Below, piece after piece: positions 1 to 10,518 of a DNA stretch of 64,000 nucleotides; position 1 is the first letter of the stretch; the number at the start of each line of letters is the position of its first letter. Source of the DNA: an uncultured Candidatus Actinomarina sp. (GTDB taxonomy: Bacteria > Actinomycetota > Acidimicrobiia > Actinomarinales > Actinomarinaceae); contig CACFFJ010000001.1 of assembly GCA_902565645.1 (NCBI GenBank), positions 30,352 to 94,351 on the forward strand, written 5' to 3'. The position numbers were made by a program, and so were the translations under genes. The notes beneath the pieces are model-generated. The model searched no databases. It saw only the letters and a program-made list of their open reading frames with translations, and was not told the origin of the DNA.

Positions 1-92
1 CAATTTATTACGACCGCAGAGCCGAGTATGCATCCGCCGAATGTTTCGATAACATACTTCCTCGTCACCTAATTAAAGGCCAGGCGCTAATA
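1..92 (-). ncRNA. glmS ribozyme, 5' portion, truncated by the window edge
   Basis: The reverse complement of 1-88 reads AGCGCCUGGCC..GGUGACGAGGAAGUAUGUUAUCGAAACAUUCGGCGGAUGCAUACUCGGCU. From memory this matches the conserved glmS ribozyme core (A/GCGCC cleavage site, GACGAGG, UAUCGAA, CGGCGGAUGC). It lies directly downstream of glmM, is GC-richer than its surroundings and runs off the window, with glmS presumably beyond. Confidence 0.7.
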
Positions 93-125
93 TTTGCTCG
101 TTGTTTAAATTATAACTTAATTTTG

Positions 126-1430
126 TTAACTTAGGTAATTATTAATTTTTGATAGCAATTCATCTGAAAAACTCTCCATGGATTCAAGGTTTTTAGCCTC
201 TACTAAGACCCTAAGCAATGGTTCTGTCCCTGAATTTCGAATTAAATACCTACCATCAAGATCAAGTTTTATTGACATATCTAAAGCTATTTGATTAATA
301 AATTCAATTTCCTCATCATTTAACGACTTTTCTAATTCAATATTTGTCAATTTTTGAGGATATTCTGTAAGGTGATTTTTTCTGAATTCAGTAATTGAAA
401 TGTCAAAATAATCAATAGCTTGAAGAACTAACAAACAGGTAAGAAGGCCATCTCCCACAGGTAGGTAATCTCTCAAAATTATGTGACCTGATTGCTCTCC
501 CCCAAGTGTTGCTTCGTTTTTTTTCATTGCTTCTGCTACATATTTATCACCAACTGGAGTTTCAATTAAATTAAAGCCGAATTTATCCATTGCAATCTTA
601 AATCCATAGTTTGACATAACTGTACTTACAACAATATCTTTATTTAACTTATCTTTTTCTGAAAAATATTTCGATAAGATAGTTAGTAACAAATCACCAT
701 TAACAACTTCTTTATTTTCATCTATCATAATTAATCTATCAGCGTCTCCATCAAAAGAAATACCAATCTGTCCTATATCCATATTTTTTTGAAGAGTAAA
801 AGGATAGGTCGCCCCACATTCTTTATTAATATTTTTACCATCAGGATTATTTGCTATCATTTTAAATTTTGCTTTTTTGGAAACTAGCAAATCTTCAATA
901 ATTTTATATGCCGAACCATTTGCTGAATCAATTACTAAATCAAATTTATCAAAATCAATATCATTTACATTATTTAAAAAATCTAAATAGGACTTATAGC
1001 CTTCTAAAGAGTTTTGAAATATTCCTTTTTTTTCTGGAATTAATATATTATCCATTTCATTTTCAATTTTAATTTCAATTTCATCATCTAGTTTGGAACC
1101 ATTTTTTCCAATTAGTTTTATTCCGTTATATTCGGAGGGGTTATGTGAAGCAGAAATTATAATTCCTAAGTCTTCATCAAATTCATTTATTAAAATTGGA
1201 ATAGCACCAGAAGGAAGTACACCGTAATTAGTTAACCTAACTGAATCTGAAAATCCTTGAATGATCCAGTCAGTTATTAAATCACATGATTCACGAGTGT
1301 CTGAAATCAACGCTATAGACTGTGGCTTCAAAATTTTTTCTACAGATGAACAAACTTTTTTTACTATTTCTTCTTCTAGAGTTTTTTGAGGAATTCCCCT
1401 TATGCCGTCTGTTCCAAAATACTTTTTCAA
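126..1430 (-). CDS. glmM: phosphoglucosamine mutase
   Basis: 434 aa. N-terminal FGTDGIRG, the phosphoserine loop SASHNP, and GEQSGH. Sits at the actinobacterial rplM-rpsI-glmM position. Confidence 0.93.
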   Translation of the reverse strand: MKKYFGTDGIRGIPQKTLEEEIVKKVCSSVEKILKPQSIALISDTRESCDLITDWIIQGFSDSVRLTNYGVLPSGAIPILINEFDEDLGIIISASHNPSEYNGIKLIGKNGSKLDDEIEIKIENEMDNILIPEKKGIFQNSLEGYKSYLDFLNNVNDIDFDKFDLVIDSANGSAYKIIEDLLVSKKAKFKMIANNPDGKNINKECGATYPFTLQKNMDIGQIGISFDGDADRLIMIDENKEVVNGDLLLTILSKYFSEKDKLNKDIVVSTVMSNYGFKIAMDKFGFNLIETPVGDKYVAEAMKKNEATLGGEQSGHIILRDYLPVGDGLLTCLLVLQAIDYFDISITEFRKNHLTEYPQKLTNIELEKSLNDEEIEFINQIALDMSIKLDLDGRYLIRNSGTEPLLRVLVEAKNLESMESFSDELLSKINNYLS

Positions 1431-1437
1431 TGAAAAA

Positions 1438-1827
1438 TTATCTTTTAGTAAATTGTTCTGCTCTTCGGGCTTTTTTCAATCCATATTTTTTACGTTCAAC
1501 TTTTCTAGCATCCCTTGTTAATAATCCTGCTTTTTTCAACTTTTCTCTTAATTCTGGATCGTATTTAATTAGTGCTCTTGAAATTCCTAAAGCAACTGCA
1601 TCAGCTTGGGCAGATAATCCACTCCCATCAAGATTTACCTTTAAATCAAATTTCTTCTCTAGTCCTACTACGTTGAAAGGTTTATTTATTTTCATTCTCA
1701 TTGAAGGGCTCGGAAAATATGTCTCTATACTTTTCCCATTGAACTCAAATTCACCTGTGCCTTCAGATAACATGACTCTTGCAACTGAAGTTTTTCTTCT
1801 TCCAGTACCTAATACAACTTGGCTCAT
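1438..1827 (-). CDS. rpsI: 30S ribosomal protein S9
   Basis: 129 aa ending in the basic tail ..RRAEQFTKR. Immediately follows rplM. Confidence 0.96.
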   Translation of the reverse strand: MSQVVLGTGRRKTSVARVMLSEGTGEFEFNGKSIETYFPSPSMRMKINKPFNVVGLEKKFDLKVNLDGSGLSAQADAVALGISRALIKYDPELREKLKKAGLLTRDARKVERKKYGLKKARRAEQFTKR

Positions 1828-2282
1828 TATTCTACAACCTTCTTTATATCAAAATTTAATTCTACGGGATTTTGGGCAACATGTGGATGAGTATCGGAAG
1901 AATAGATATGAAGTTTCTTTATCATTGAACGACCTAGTCTATTTTTTGGCAGCATACCCCATACTGCTCTCTCAATAATTTTTTCTGGTTTTCTTTTTTT
2001 AAGAGAATTAAATGATTCTTCTTTAATACCTCCTGGGTATCCTGAGTGACTATAGTATTTCTTTTGTTCTGCCTTATTTGCAGTTAATTGAATTTTTTCA
2101 GCATTAATTACCACAATATGGTCTCCTACATCTAGATGTGGAGCATATTCTGGTTTATGTTTACCTCTAAGAATTTGCGCAATCTCACTTGCTAATCTTC
2201 CTAGGGGTAAATTAGATGCATCAACTAAGTGCCATTTTCTATCTGACGCCTCTATACCTTCAAATGTCGTTTTTGTATTCAT
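1827..2282 (-). CDS. rplM: 50S ribosomal protein L13
   Basis: 151 aa with WHLVDA..LGRLAS..A..LRGKHKP, typical of L13. Confidence 0.96.
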   Translation of the reverse strand: MNTKTTFEGIEASDRKWHLVDASNLPLGRLASEIAQILRGKHKPEYAPHLDVGDHIVVINAEKIQLTANKAEQKKYYSHSGYPGGIKEESFNSLKKRKPEKIIERAVWGMLPKNRLGRSMIKKLHIYSSDTHPHVAQNPVELNFDIKKVVE

Positions 2283-2343
2283 TTTATAAACCCAAAGAAT
2301 TGTAACGAGCTTTCAGTATAAATTCGATTCATATTTAAGAAAA

Positions 2344-3069
2344 CTAGTATTTTATTTTCCATAAATATAAACCCTTAGCTGGAGCCACATAATTAAATCT
2401 TGATTCTTGAGGAGTCTTTAGAGCGTCTATTAATTGTTTCTTATAAATTTTTCCATCTAAAGCTGCTAATTGACAGCCAACTATAGACCTGACCATACTG
2501 TGTAAGAACGAATTACCCTCAATAGTATAAATAAATGAATTATTCATTCTTGACCATTTACTTTTACTTATTTCCCTAATTGGTTCTTGATCTTTCCTTA
2601 ATTTTGAAAAATTTGTAAAATTATTTTTTCCCAAAAATATTTTCGATAAAGAATTTAATTTATCGATATCTAAATATGAATTAGTGACATGTCTATAGTT
2701 CCGAAAGTAGGGCTCGGAATTTCTTTTCTCTTCAACAAAGTATTTATATATTCGTGATTTTGCATCATATCGTGGATTAAATGACTGATTTACTTTTTTT
2801 ATTTTTTTAATTTTTATATCGTCACTTAAAAGTGAGCTTAAAGAAACGAAAAAACTCTGATCTAGTAGTTCACAAGTTTTCAAGCTAAGGACTTGTGATT
2901 TTGCATGAACACCAGCATCTGTTCTTCCAGCATATAATAATTTATACGAATTAAGTATTTTATTTAATGAGTTTTGAATAGCAAATTCAACAGTTCTAAT
3001 ATTTTTTTGTTTTTGAAAACCATGAAAATTAGAGCCATCATAAGATATTTCGATTTTGTAATTGTTCAA
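2344..3069 (-). CDS. truA: tRNA pseudouridine(38-40) synthase
   Basis: 241 aa with YDGS.FHGFQ.Q and the GRTDAGVHA catalytic-Asp motif. Confidence 0.92.
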   Translation of the reverse strand: MNNYKIEISYDGSNFHGFQKQKNIRTVEFAIQNSLNKILNSYKLLYAGRTDAGVHAKSQVLSLKTCELLDQSFFVSLSSLLSDDIKIKKIKKVNQSFNPRYDAKSRIYKYFVEEKRNSEPYFRNYRHVTNSYLDIDKLNSLSKIFLGKNNFTNFSKLRKDQEPIREISKSKWSRMNNSFIYTIEGNSFLHSMVRSIVGCQLAALDGKIYKKQLIDALKTPQESRFNYVAPAKGLYLWKIKY

Positions 3070-3070
3070 A

Positions 3071-3619
3071 TCAAAATACTATTTTTAAAGGACCTGAAGT
3101 CCAAACCAGAATAAACAAAAAAACTGCTGTGGATATCTTAGAACTATTCTTTTCAATAAAAAAAGCTTGCTCTAGAGATTTCGAAATAGTTAAATATATC
3201 CAAAAGAAAATTCCTAAACTTACAACCTGTATTGAAGTGGTACTAAAAAAACCAAAATAAGTTTTCATGAATAAACTTAAACTTAAAAATATTACTAATC
3301 CATGAGCATATCCAGTTATTGTAGTTATTGAATTTATATCTAAGTTCTCTTTAAATACCCTTCCTAACATAAACCACATAGCAAGACTAGATAATACCCA
3401 AGCAAATGCTCCATCCAATATTCCAAAGAATATAATATCAAAAAAATTTCTGAAACCATTGCTTAATGTTACTGGTAAATAAATCGACGCTAAGCTTACA
3501 AATACTATTAAAAATGCATTCCCTGACTCATACCTATCACTACTGATTTTTTGAATTGTAGAAGAATCAAATCTAATAAATAACTTAAATTGGTTCCAAA
3601 CGTCTTTAAATGTATTCAA
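3071..3619 (-). CDS. Yip1-like multi-pass membrane protein (hypothetical)
   Basis: 182 aa with about 5 predicted hydrophobic helices after a short soluble N-terminus. Wedged between rplQ and truA. The family assignment is only a visual impression. Confidence 0.45.
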   Translation of the reverse strand: MNTFKDVWNQFKLFIRFDSSTIQKISSDRYESGNAFLIVFVSLASIYLPVTLSNGFRNFFDIIFFGILDGAFAWVLSSLAMWFMLGRVFKENLDINSITTITGYAHGLVIFLSLSLFMKTYFGFFSTTSIQVVSLGIFFWIYLTISKSLEQAFFIEKNSSKISTAVFLFILVWTSGPLKIVF

Positions 3620-3620
3620 A

Positions 3621-3971
3621 TTAAACTAATTCTAGAACAGCCAACTCGGTCTTATCGCCTCTACGATAGGTTGTTCTTGTAATTCTTGTATATCCACCAT
3701 TTCTTTCTGAATATTTTGGACCAATTTCATCAAAAAGCTTTGCTACAACAGCTTTATCTTGAATCATTTTTAAAACCTGCCTTCTATCATGAAGTGTGCC
3801 TTTTTTAGCTTTTGTTATTACTTTTTCTGCGTAAGGTTTTACAATTTTAGCTTTTGTTATGGTTGTCTCAATTTTTTCATGCTCAATTAATGATCTGATT
3901 AGATTACTAATAATTTGATCTTCATGTGATGAAGATCCTCCAAGTCTTTTACCTTTTGTAGGTTTAGGCAT
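3621..3971 (-). CDS. rplQ: 50S ribosomal protein L17
   Basis: The ORF is open to 3992, but the canonical N-terminus [12 protein letters not shown] starts at 3971, giving an 8-nt overlap with the rpoA stop. Confidence 0.95.
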   Translation of the reverse strand: MPKPTKGKRLGGSSSHEDQIISNLIRSLIEHEKIETTITKAKIVKPYAEKVITKAKKGTLHDRRQVLKMIQDKAVVAKLFDEIGPKYSERNGGYTRITRTTYRRGDKTELAVLELV

Positions 3972-4923
3972 CTGAATTTTCTCCAGAATCAAGATCAGAA
4001 CTAGTAGGTAAGCTCAAGCCTAATTCATCAAGCTTTGCAACAAGCTCGTCAAGACTTTTTTGACCAAAATTAGTTAAATTTAGTAAGTCATCTTCTGTGT
4101 ACTCAAGAATTTGACCAACAGTTGTTATGTTCTCTCTACCAAGACAATTTCTTGGTCTTTCTGAAAGATCAAGTGCATCTACTGATAGAGATAAATCCGG
4201 AGAGCTACCTTCAGAAATTGTCAACTCTCCTAATTCAAGACCAACTCCTTCATCAATTTCTGCAAATAGCTTCCACAATTCTCCTAAGGTTTTTCCAACT
4301 GATGAAATAGACTCACTTGGTTTAATAGACCCATCTGTTTCAACATCAATTGTTAACTTGTCATAGTTTGTTACTTGACCAACCTGAGTGGGAGAAACTG
4401 AATAGTTTACCTTTACAATAGGAGAAAAGATTGAATCAATTGGAATAAAGTTAGCATCACTAGTTTTATTTTTGTCAGCTAGTATATATCCAACACCATG
4501 TGCAATTGAAACTTCCATATCTAAATTTGCTTCTTTAGAAAGAGTACAAATAGTCAGATCTGTATTTATTACTTCTACACCAGCTGGACATTGAATCTGT
4601 GCTGCTTTTACTTCTCCTGGGCCTTTTGCTTTAACCGTCAAAGTATGGCTATCTAAATCCTCTACACGTAATACAAGTCTTTTTAGGTTCAATAAAACAT
4701 CTAACACATCTTCTATAACACCAGGAATAGAAGTAAACTCATGGTTTACACCTTCAATTTTTACTCCTGTTACAGCAACACCAGGCACTCTTGAGAGTAA
4801 AGCTCTTCTCATTGTATTACCAAGAGTCAGCCCAAATCCTGGCTCTAATGGTTCAATTGTAAATACAGATCTATTTTCACTTACCTCTTTAAGTGATATT
4901 TCTGGTCTTTGTAATATTAGCAA
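3964..4923 (-). CDS. rpoA: DNA-directed RNA polymerase subunit alpha
   Basis: 319 aa with the NTD motif [10 protein letters not shown] and a C-terminal domain containing RPRNCL... Confidence 0.97.
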   Translation of the reverse strand: MLILQRPEISLKEVSENRSVFTIEPLEPGFGLTLGNTMRRALLSRVPGVAVTGVKIEGVNHEFTSIPGVIEDVLDVLLNLKRLVLRVEDLDSHTLTVKAKGPGEVKAAQIQCPAGVEVINTDLTICTLSKEANLDMEVSIAHGVGYILADKNKTSDANFIPIDSIFSPIVKVNYSVSPTQVGQVTNYDKLTIDVETDGSIKPSESISSVGKTLGELWKLFAEIDEGVGLELGELTISEGSSPDLSLSVDALDLSERPRNCLGRENITTVGQILEYTEDDLLNLTNFGQKSLDELVAKLDELGLSLPTSSDLDSGENSDA

Positions 4924-4948
4924 CGTTATTTCTCCTTTCTAAAATATT

Positions 4949-5563
4949 CTATTTCGAATAAAGCTCTACTATTAATTGTTCTTCAATTTCTTGACTTGCG
5001 TCATTTCTTAATGGTTGTGATAAAACTTCAATATTTTTTTTATTTTTGTCTACATTTAACCAATTTGCTTCTTCTCTATCTTGTCCTGTATCTATACTGT
5101 GCTGAATTGAAATCATGTTTTGACTAGATTCTTTTAACTCAATTTTATCTCCTGGTTTAACCTGAATAGATGGTATATCAACTAATTTACCATTTAATTT
5201 AAAATGCCTATGAGAAACGAGTTGCCTTGACTGCGGTCTAGATGAAGCAAAACCTGACCTATATATAACATTATCAAGCCTTGACTCAAGAAGAATAAGT
5301 AAATTTTCTCCTGTAATGCCTGCCATCCTTGAAGCAGTTTTATAATAATTTCTGAATTGTTTTTCCATTATTCCATACATATATCTAACTTTTTGTTTTT
5401 CTTTTAGTTGGGTCCCATAATCAGTTTCTCTTAATCTTTTTCTACCATTTTCCCCTGGTGGGTAAGGTCTATCTTGAAGGGCTTTGTCTCCCTTTTTATT
5501 TTCAAAAACATTAAAACCTATTCTTCGAGAGACTCTAACTCTTGGTCCTGTATACCTGGCCAT
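4949..5563 (-). CDS. rpsD: 30S ribosomal protein S4
   Basis: 204 aa starting [11 protein letters not shown]. Confidence 0.97.
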   Translation of the reverse strand: MARYTGPRVRVSRRIGFNVFENKKGDKALQDRPYPPGENGRKRLRETDYGTQLKEKQKVRYMYGIMEKQFRNYYKTASRMAGITGENLLILLESRLDNVIYRSGFASSRPQSRQLVSHRHFKLNGKLVDIPSIQVKPGDKIELKESSQNMISIQHSIDTGQDREEANWLNVDKNKKNIEVLSQPLRNDASQEIEEQLIVELYSK

Positions 5564-5946
5564 TATCCTCTCCTTCTTTTTTTGGGTCTACATCCATTAT
5601 GAGGTGTTGGAGTAATGTCTTTAATAGCTCCTACATCCATTCCCATATTTTGTAAGGTCCTCACTGCTGTCTCTCTCCCAGCACCTGTCCCGCTTATAAC
5701 AATATCTAATTTATGGAGTCCATACTCCGTTGCTCTTCTTACTGCTTCCTCTGCAGCTACTTGTGCAGCATAGGGAGTAGATTTTCGTGAACCTTTAAAT
5801 CCCACTGAGCCTCCAGAAGTCCAAACAATAGTCTCACCATTTGAGTCCGCGATATTAATAATTGTATTATTGAAACTTGCTTTTATATGGGCAACACCTG
5901 AAGAAACTTTTCTTTTTACTTTCTTTTTTGATTTTGATTCAGCCAT
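5563..5946 (-). CDS. rpsK: 30S ribosomal protein S11
   Basis: 127 aa with [12 protein letters not shown] and ending ..[11 protein letters not shown]. Confidence 0.97.
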   Translation of the reverse strand: MAESKSKKKVKRKVSSGVAHIKASFNNTIINIADSNGETIVWTSGGSVGFKGSRKSTPYAAQVAAEEAVRRATEYGLHKLDIVISGTGAGRETAVRTLQNMGMDVGAIKDITPTPHNGCRPKKRRRG

Positions 5947-6323
5947 TACTTTAGAACTTTCTTTGAGCCAGCAACTGCAAATCTTGGACCTTTTCTTGTT
6001 CTTGCATTTGTATGAGTTCTTTGGCCTCTCACAGGTAACCCACTTCGATGTCTAATCCCTTGGTAAGTTCCAATTTCTGTTTTTCTTCTAATATTTTGGG
6101 AAACATCTCTTCTTAAGTCACCTTCAACTCTAAAATTTGATTCAATATATTTTCTTATTTGAGCAATTTCATCATTTGTTAAATTACTAACCCTTGTATC
6201 AGGATTAATTTTCAAATCAGTACAAATTTCTTCTGCTCTTTTAGATCCTATACCATGAATGTATCGTAAAGAAGCAATGACTCTTTTTTCTCTTGGTATG
6301 TCTATTCCTGAAATTCTTGCCAT
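5946..6323 (-). CDS. rpsM: 30S ribosomal protein S13
   Basis: 125 aa starting [11 protein letters not shown]. Confidence 0.97.
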   Translation of the reverse strand: MARISGIDIPREKRVIASLRYIHGIGSKRAEEICTDLKINPDTRVSNLTNDEIAQIRKYIESNFRVEGDLRRDVSQNIRRKTEIGTYQGIRHRSGLPVRGQRTHTNARTRKGPRFAVAGSKKVLK

Positions 6324-6329
6324 TAAAAT

Positions 6330-6446
6330 TTAACCTTGCCTCTGTTTATTTCTTGGATTTCTTTTGTTAATTACATAAAGTTTTCCTTTACGCCTAACAA
6401 TTTGATCATTGGGACCACGCTTTTTTATACTTGCTTTTACTTTCAT
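6330..6446 (-). CDS. rpmJ: 50S ribosomal protein L36, cysteine-free form
   Basis: Below the ORF-track size cutoff, so I translated it by hand: [38 protein letters not shown] (38 aa). The ATG overlaps the infA TGA (ATGA). It has the canonical L36 ends (MKV...KQRQG) but no Cys or His ligands. Confidence 0.9.
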   Translation of the reverse strand: MKVKASIKKRGPNDQIVRRKGKLYVINKRNPRNKQRQG

Positions 6447-6667
6447 TTATGTCTCCAAGTAATCCTACCTCTTGTAGGATCATAAGGCGAAACTTCCATC
6501 TCGACTACATCGCCTGGAAGAATCCTAATGTATCTCATCCTCATCTTTCCCGAAACATGTGCCAATATTTCAGCACCACTTTCAAGTTCAACCTTAAAAG
6601 AGGCATTTGGTAAGGTTTCAGTTACAGTCCCCTGTACTTTTATTATGTTTTTCTCTTTTTCTACCAA
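6443..6667 (-). CDS. infA: translation initiation factor IF-1
   Basis: 74 aa, S1-like, with ..[25 protein letters not shown]. Confidence 0.97.
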   Translation of the reverse strand: MVEKEKNIIKVQGTVTETLPNASFKVELESGAEILAHVSGKMRMRYIRILPGDVVEMEVSPYDPTRGRITWRHK

Positions 6668-6738
6668 ATTAACCTTGATTTCAAGACCGACTTATCAGAT
6701 TAGTGCGATTATATAGTATTACCAACACATTTTTCATT

Positions 6739-7485
6739 TTACTTCTCCGTAAAAATACATATTTCATTATCTAAAATTCCAATTGTATGCTCGAAATGTG
6801 CTGAATTTAAACCATCAACGGTACGTACAGTCCACCCATCTTCATCTACTTTAGTTTCAGCAGAACCTAGATTAAACATTGGTTCTATACAGATGGCCAT
6901 ACCAGTTTTTAAAGTAAACCCTTTTCCTTTAATGCCATAATTTGGAATTTGTGGATCTTCGTGCATTTCAAGCCCTATACCATGACCAACATATTCTCTT
7001 ACTACTCCATAAGAATTATTTTTACCGATTTTTTCTATTTTATTTCCTATAGTTCCAATCTTCTGTCCATTACTAACTAATTTTATTCCCTCGTATAGAG
7101 CTTTCTTAGTTGTTTCAATCAATGCTTGATTCTCTTTAGATATTTTTCCAATACCGTATGTTAAAGCTGCATCAGCATGAAAACCATTTACTGATACACC
7201 AACATCTATTGAAAGTACGTCACCCTCTTCAACAATATAATTTTGTGGTATTCCATGAACTATTACATCATTTGGTGAGGCACAAATATACGAAGGAAAA
7301 CCTCTGTAGTTTAGAAAGCTTGAAACAGAATTTGATTTCTTAATGATTTCTTCTGCTAAATCATTAAGATCTTCTAGTTTTGTACCTGGAATTGAAGCAT
7401 ATTCTAGTTCTTTATGAATACTTGCAACTATTGAACCTGCCTTACTCATATTCTTAAAATCTTCTTCAGATTTATAAGTTATCAT
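6739..7485 (-). CDS. map: type I methionine aminopeptidase
   Basis: 248 aa with VHGIP, D..V...G.H.D, HGIG and the EP metal-ligand pattern. Confidence 0.93.
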   Translation of the reverse strand: MITYKSEEDFKNMSKAGSIVASIHKELEYASIPGTKLEDLNDLAEEIIKKSNSVSSFLNYRGFPSYICASPNDVIVHGIPQNYIVEEGDVLSIDVGVSVNGFHADAALTYGIGKISKENQALIETTKKALYEGIKLVSNGQKIGTIGNKIEKIGKNNSYGVVREYVGHGIGLEMHEDPQIPNYGIKGKGFTLKTGMAICIEPMFNLGSAETKVDEDGWTVRTVDGLNSAHFEHTIGILDNEICIFTEK

Positions 7486-8034
7486 TTATAAATTAATCAA
7501 TTCTGAAATAGTAGAAGAAATTTCATCTATAGACCCTAAAGCATTAATTTCAGTTAAAAGATTTTTTTTAGAATAGAAATCAACTAATGGTTCTGTCTCA
7601 TTTGAGTAAACTTTTAATCTTACTTTTATAGATTCTTCTGTATCGTCTGATCTACCTCTTTCAAGCATTCTTTTTACTAACTCTTCCTGGTTAACATCAA
7701 AAAAGATTACACTCTTAATACTAAATTTTTCATCATTCTCTAGGCTTAAGGCTTGAGGCAGTGTTCGTGGAAAACCATCCAATATAGCCCCATTTTGGCA
7801 ATCTTCCGAATCTAAACGATCTTTTAACATCTCTATGACCAAATTATCAGGCACAAGACTTCCTTCATCTAAAATACCCTTGGCTTTAATTCCTAAATCA
7901 GTTTTGCGATCTACATGTTCTCTTAACATTACCCCTGTAGAAATATGGGCTATTTCAAATTTCTCTGAAATTTTTTCAGCTTGTGTGCCTTTACCTGATC
8001 CTGGTGGTCCAAGAAAAATAAGTATGTTGGTCAA
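7486..8034 (-). CDS. adk: adenylate kinase, short-lid form
   Basis: 182 aa with the P-loop GPPGSGKGTQ. The lid region is too short for a Cys4 zinc knuckle. Confidence 0.94.
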   Translation of the reverse strand: MTNILIFLGPPGSGKGTQAEKISEKFEIAHISTGVMLREHVDRKTDLGIKAKGILDEGSLVPDNLVIEMLKDRLDSEDCQNGAILDGFPRTLPQALSLENDEKFSIKSVIFFDVNQEELVKRMLERGRSDDTEESIKVRLKVYSNETEPLVDFYSKKNLLTEINALGSIDEISSTISELINL

Positions 8035-9344
8035 TCAATGAACCCTTCATAATTTCTCATACTCAACTGACTATCAATTTGTTTCATTGTTTCTAAAGCT
8101 ACTCCAACTGTAATTAAAATAGAGATTCCACTAAATCCAAGTGGGATGTCCCATATCGCTGAAGCTATGGAAGGTAAAACTGCTACCGATGCCAAAAATA
8201 CTGAACCAGGTAAAGTAATTCTATTAATAATGTGTGATAAATAGTTTGTGGTTGATATTCCTGGTCTTACGCCAGGGATAAAACCACCTTGTCTTCTTAT
8301 CATGTCAGACTGTCTAACTGGATCAAATTGTATAGTTGTATAAAAATAAGTAAAAAATATAATTAACATACCTAGGAAAAATATATAAAACCAACTTGTT
8401 CCTTGAGAGTTAGCTAAATTAACATCTATCCAATTCCTAATACCAGCAGTAATTCTATTATCTTGTGGTAAAGATGTTGCAATTAGGGCTGGGAAAAATA
8501 AAACACTTGTTGCAAAAATAACAGGTATTACTCCTGCACTATTAACTTTTAATGGTATATATGTGCTTTGTCCGCCCATAACTTTTCTTCCTCTAACTCT
8601 TTTTGCAAACTGTATTGGTATCCTCCTCTGTCCCTGTTCGACAAAAATTATTCCAACAATCATTATAAAAAACATAAAGACAAGTATAGAAAATTGGCCA
8701 ATTCTACCTTGCCCAGCTGTCACCTGATAAGCTCCACCAAAACTTGCTGGTAGTTGACTAATTATGCTTGCAAATATAATTAAGGACATACCATTACCAA
8801 TACCTCTTTGCGAGATGAGTTCTCCAAGCCACATTATAAAAGCTGTACCAGCTGTCATTGTCAAGACTATTAAACCAACCCTTGAAGGAGTGTAATTTGG
8901 AATTAATGAGATTCCTCCTGTTAAACTTCCTCGTGAAAATATATAAGTTAAACCAGTTGACTGTAAAAGAGCCAAAACAACTGTCAAGTAACGGGTCCAT
9001 TGAGTAATTACTTTTCTACCAGACTCTCCTTCTTCTTGGAGTTTTTGTAGTCTAGGAATTACAACAGTAAGAAGCTGAAGAATAATGCTTGAGGTTATAT
9101 AGGGCATTATTCCTAAAGCAAACACTGAAAAAGTTTCAAGCGCTCCACCTGAGAATAAATTTAACAAACCATATATTCCAGCCTGAGTTCCTGATTCAGT
9201 AAGTCTCTGTACAGCTTCTAAATCAACACCGGGTACAGGAACTGCTGCTCCAAGTCTGTAAACACCAAACATCAATAGGGTAAATATAATTCTTTTCCTG
9301 AGGTCTGGAATTTTAAACATATATTTAAAAATAGATAGTTTCAA
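8031..9344 (-). CDS. secY: preprotein translocase subunit SecY
   Basis: 437 aa with 10 TM segments. Sits at the rplO-secY-adk position. Confidence 0.96.
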   Translation of the reverse strand: MKLSIFKYMFKIPDLRKRIIFTLLMFGVYRLGAAVPVPGVDLEAVQRLTESGTQAGIYGLLNLFSGGALETFSVFALGIMPYITSSIILQLLTVVIPRLQKLQEEGESGRKVITQWTRYLTVVLALLQSTGLTYIFSRGSLTGGISLIPNYTPSRVGLIVLTMTAGTAFIMWLGELISQRGIGNGMSLIIFASIISQLPASFGGAYQVTAGQGRIGQFSILVFMFFIMIVGIIFVEQGQRRIPIQFAKRVRGRKVMGGQSTYIPLKVNSAGVIPVIFATSVLFFPALIATSLPQDNRITAGIRNWIDVNLANSQGTSWFYIFFLGMLIIFFTYFYTTIQFDPVRQSDMIRRQGGFIPGVRPGISTTNYLSHIINRITLPGSVFLASVAVLPSIASAIWDIPLGFSGISILITVGVALETMKQIDSQLSMRNYEGFID

Positions 9345-9345
9345 T

Positions 9346-9795
9346 TTAGACCTCTATAATCTCAACTGTTCCACCAGCTTTTTCAATTTTTTCTTTAGCT
9401 ACTGTACTCACTGAATGAACTTTTAAATTTACAGAATTAGAAATCTCACCATTTCCTAATATTTTTACTAATCCTTTTTTTCTTGTTAATCCCACTTCTC
9501 TGAGTGTATCTGTATTAACATCTCCTTCCAAATCTTTAGCTTGAAGATCTGATACATTTACAACTACATAAGACATTTTTGGTTTATTTTTTAGACCTCT
9601 TAACTTTGGAATCCTCCTATATAAAGGAATCTGACCACCCTCAAAGTAAGCAGGTACAGTTTTTCTTGCACCAGTACCCTTGGTTCCTCTACCAGCAGTC
9701 TTCCCTCTTTTGCCAGCTTCTCCACGTCCCTTCCTTAACTTTGACTTTGTTGATCCTGGAGAGGGTTTTAGATGATGGTATCTCAATTTACTCAT
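9346..9795 (-). CDS. rplO: 50S ribosomal protein L15
   Basis: 149 aa with a Gly/Lys-rich N-terminus, GRG.GSG.GKT.GRG.KG. Confidence 0.96.
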   Translation of the reverse strand: MSKLRYHHLKPSPGSTKSKLRKGRGEAGKRGKTAGRGTKGTGARKTVPAYFEGGQIPLYRRIPKLRGLKNKPKMSYVVVNVSDLQAKDLEGDVNTDTLREVGLTRKKGLVKILGNGEISNSVNLKVHSVSTVAKEKIEKAGGTVEIIEV

Positions 9796-9980
9796 TTACT
9801 TACCTCTTCTATAGTCACTAAATGGTTTACAACACTCAACATCCCTTCTAATGAATTATCTAATTCTTTTTCAACAGTAGAATTGATTTTTTTTAGGCCT
9901 AAAGACTTAATTGTTTCTCTAGATTTATGGCCTTGACCAATAAGACTCCTTTTAAGAGTAATCTTAACTTTCGCCATCAT
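9792..9980 (-). CDS. rpmD: 50S ribosomal protein L30
   Basis: 62 aa with KITLKRS.IG....R.T...LGL.K. Confidence 0.94.
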   Translation of the reverse strand: MMAKVKITLKRSLIGQGHKSRETIKSLGLKKINSTVEKELDNSLEGMLSVVNHLVTIEEVSK

Positions 9981-10518
9981 TCACCTTAATTTTTCTTTCT
10001 GATTTTGTTTTTTCATAAGCATCAATTAAACCCTGTGGGGCAACTTCAGAAACTTTTTTACCTCTTAGGGCAGCAACAGAGTCTGGTGTTCTTTGATTTA
10101 ATAAGCCATTTAATGTTGCTTTAGCAACATTCAAATGTGTTGGTGACCCAAGGGATTTAGCAAGAATATCCTTAACACCAGCAGCTTCTAAGACTTGTCT
10201 AGCAGCTCCTCCAGCTATGACTCCTGTTCCTGGCGCTGCAGGTTTTAATAAAACCCTTGAGGAGCCATGTTCACCAATAATTGAATGCACTATAGTGCTT
10301 CCTGCCATTGGAATAGGGTGTATATTCTTTTTTGCATTTTCTATGGCTTTTTGAATAGCAAGTGGAACTTCTGATCCTTTTCCATATCCAATTCCAGCAT
10401 TGCCATTACCATCTCCAACAGCAACTAACGCTGTAAAGGCAAAATTCCTACCTCCCTTAACAACTTTTGCAACCCTATTTATATGGATTACACTCTCTTG
10501 TAATTCTTCAACACTCAT
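9964..10518 (-). CDS. rpsE: 30S ribosomal protein S5
   Basis: 184 aa with [20 protein letters not shown]. Confidence 0.97.
   Translation of the reverse strand: MSVEELQESVIHINRVAKVVKGGRNFAFTALVAVGDGNGNAGIGYGKGSEVPLAIQKAIENAKKNIHPIPMAGSTIVHSIIGEHGSSRVLLKPAAPGTGVIAGGAARQVLEAAGVKDILAKSLGSPTHLNVAKATLNGLLNQRTPDSVAALRGKKVSEVAPQGLIDAYEKTKSERKIKVNDGES

Noticed and set aside
1322-1978. A 218-aa plus-strand ORF spanning the glmM start, all of rpsI and part of rplM.
   Set aside because: It is antisense to three confidently identified genes, its composition is low-complexity (F/L/S-rich), and it crosses gene boundaries. This is a typical shadow ORF in an AT-rich genome.
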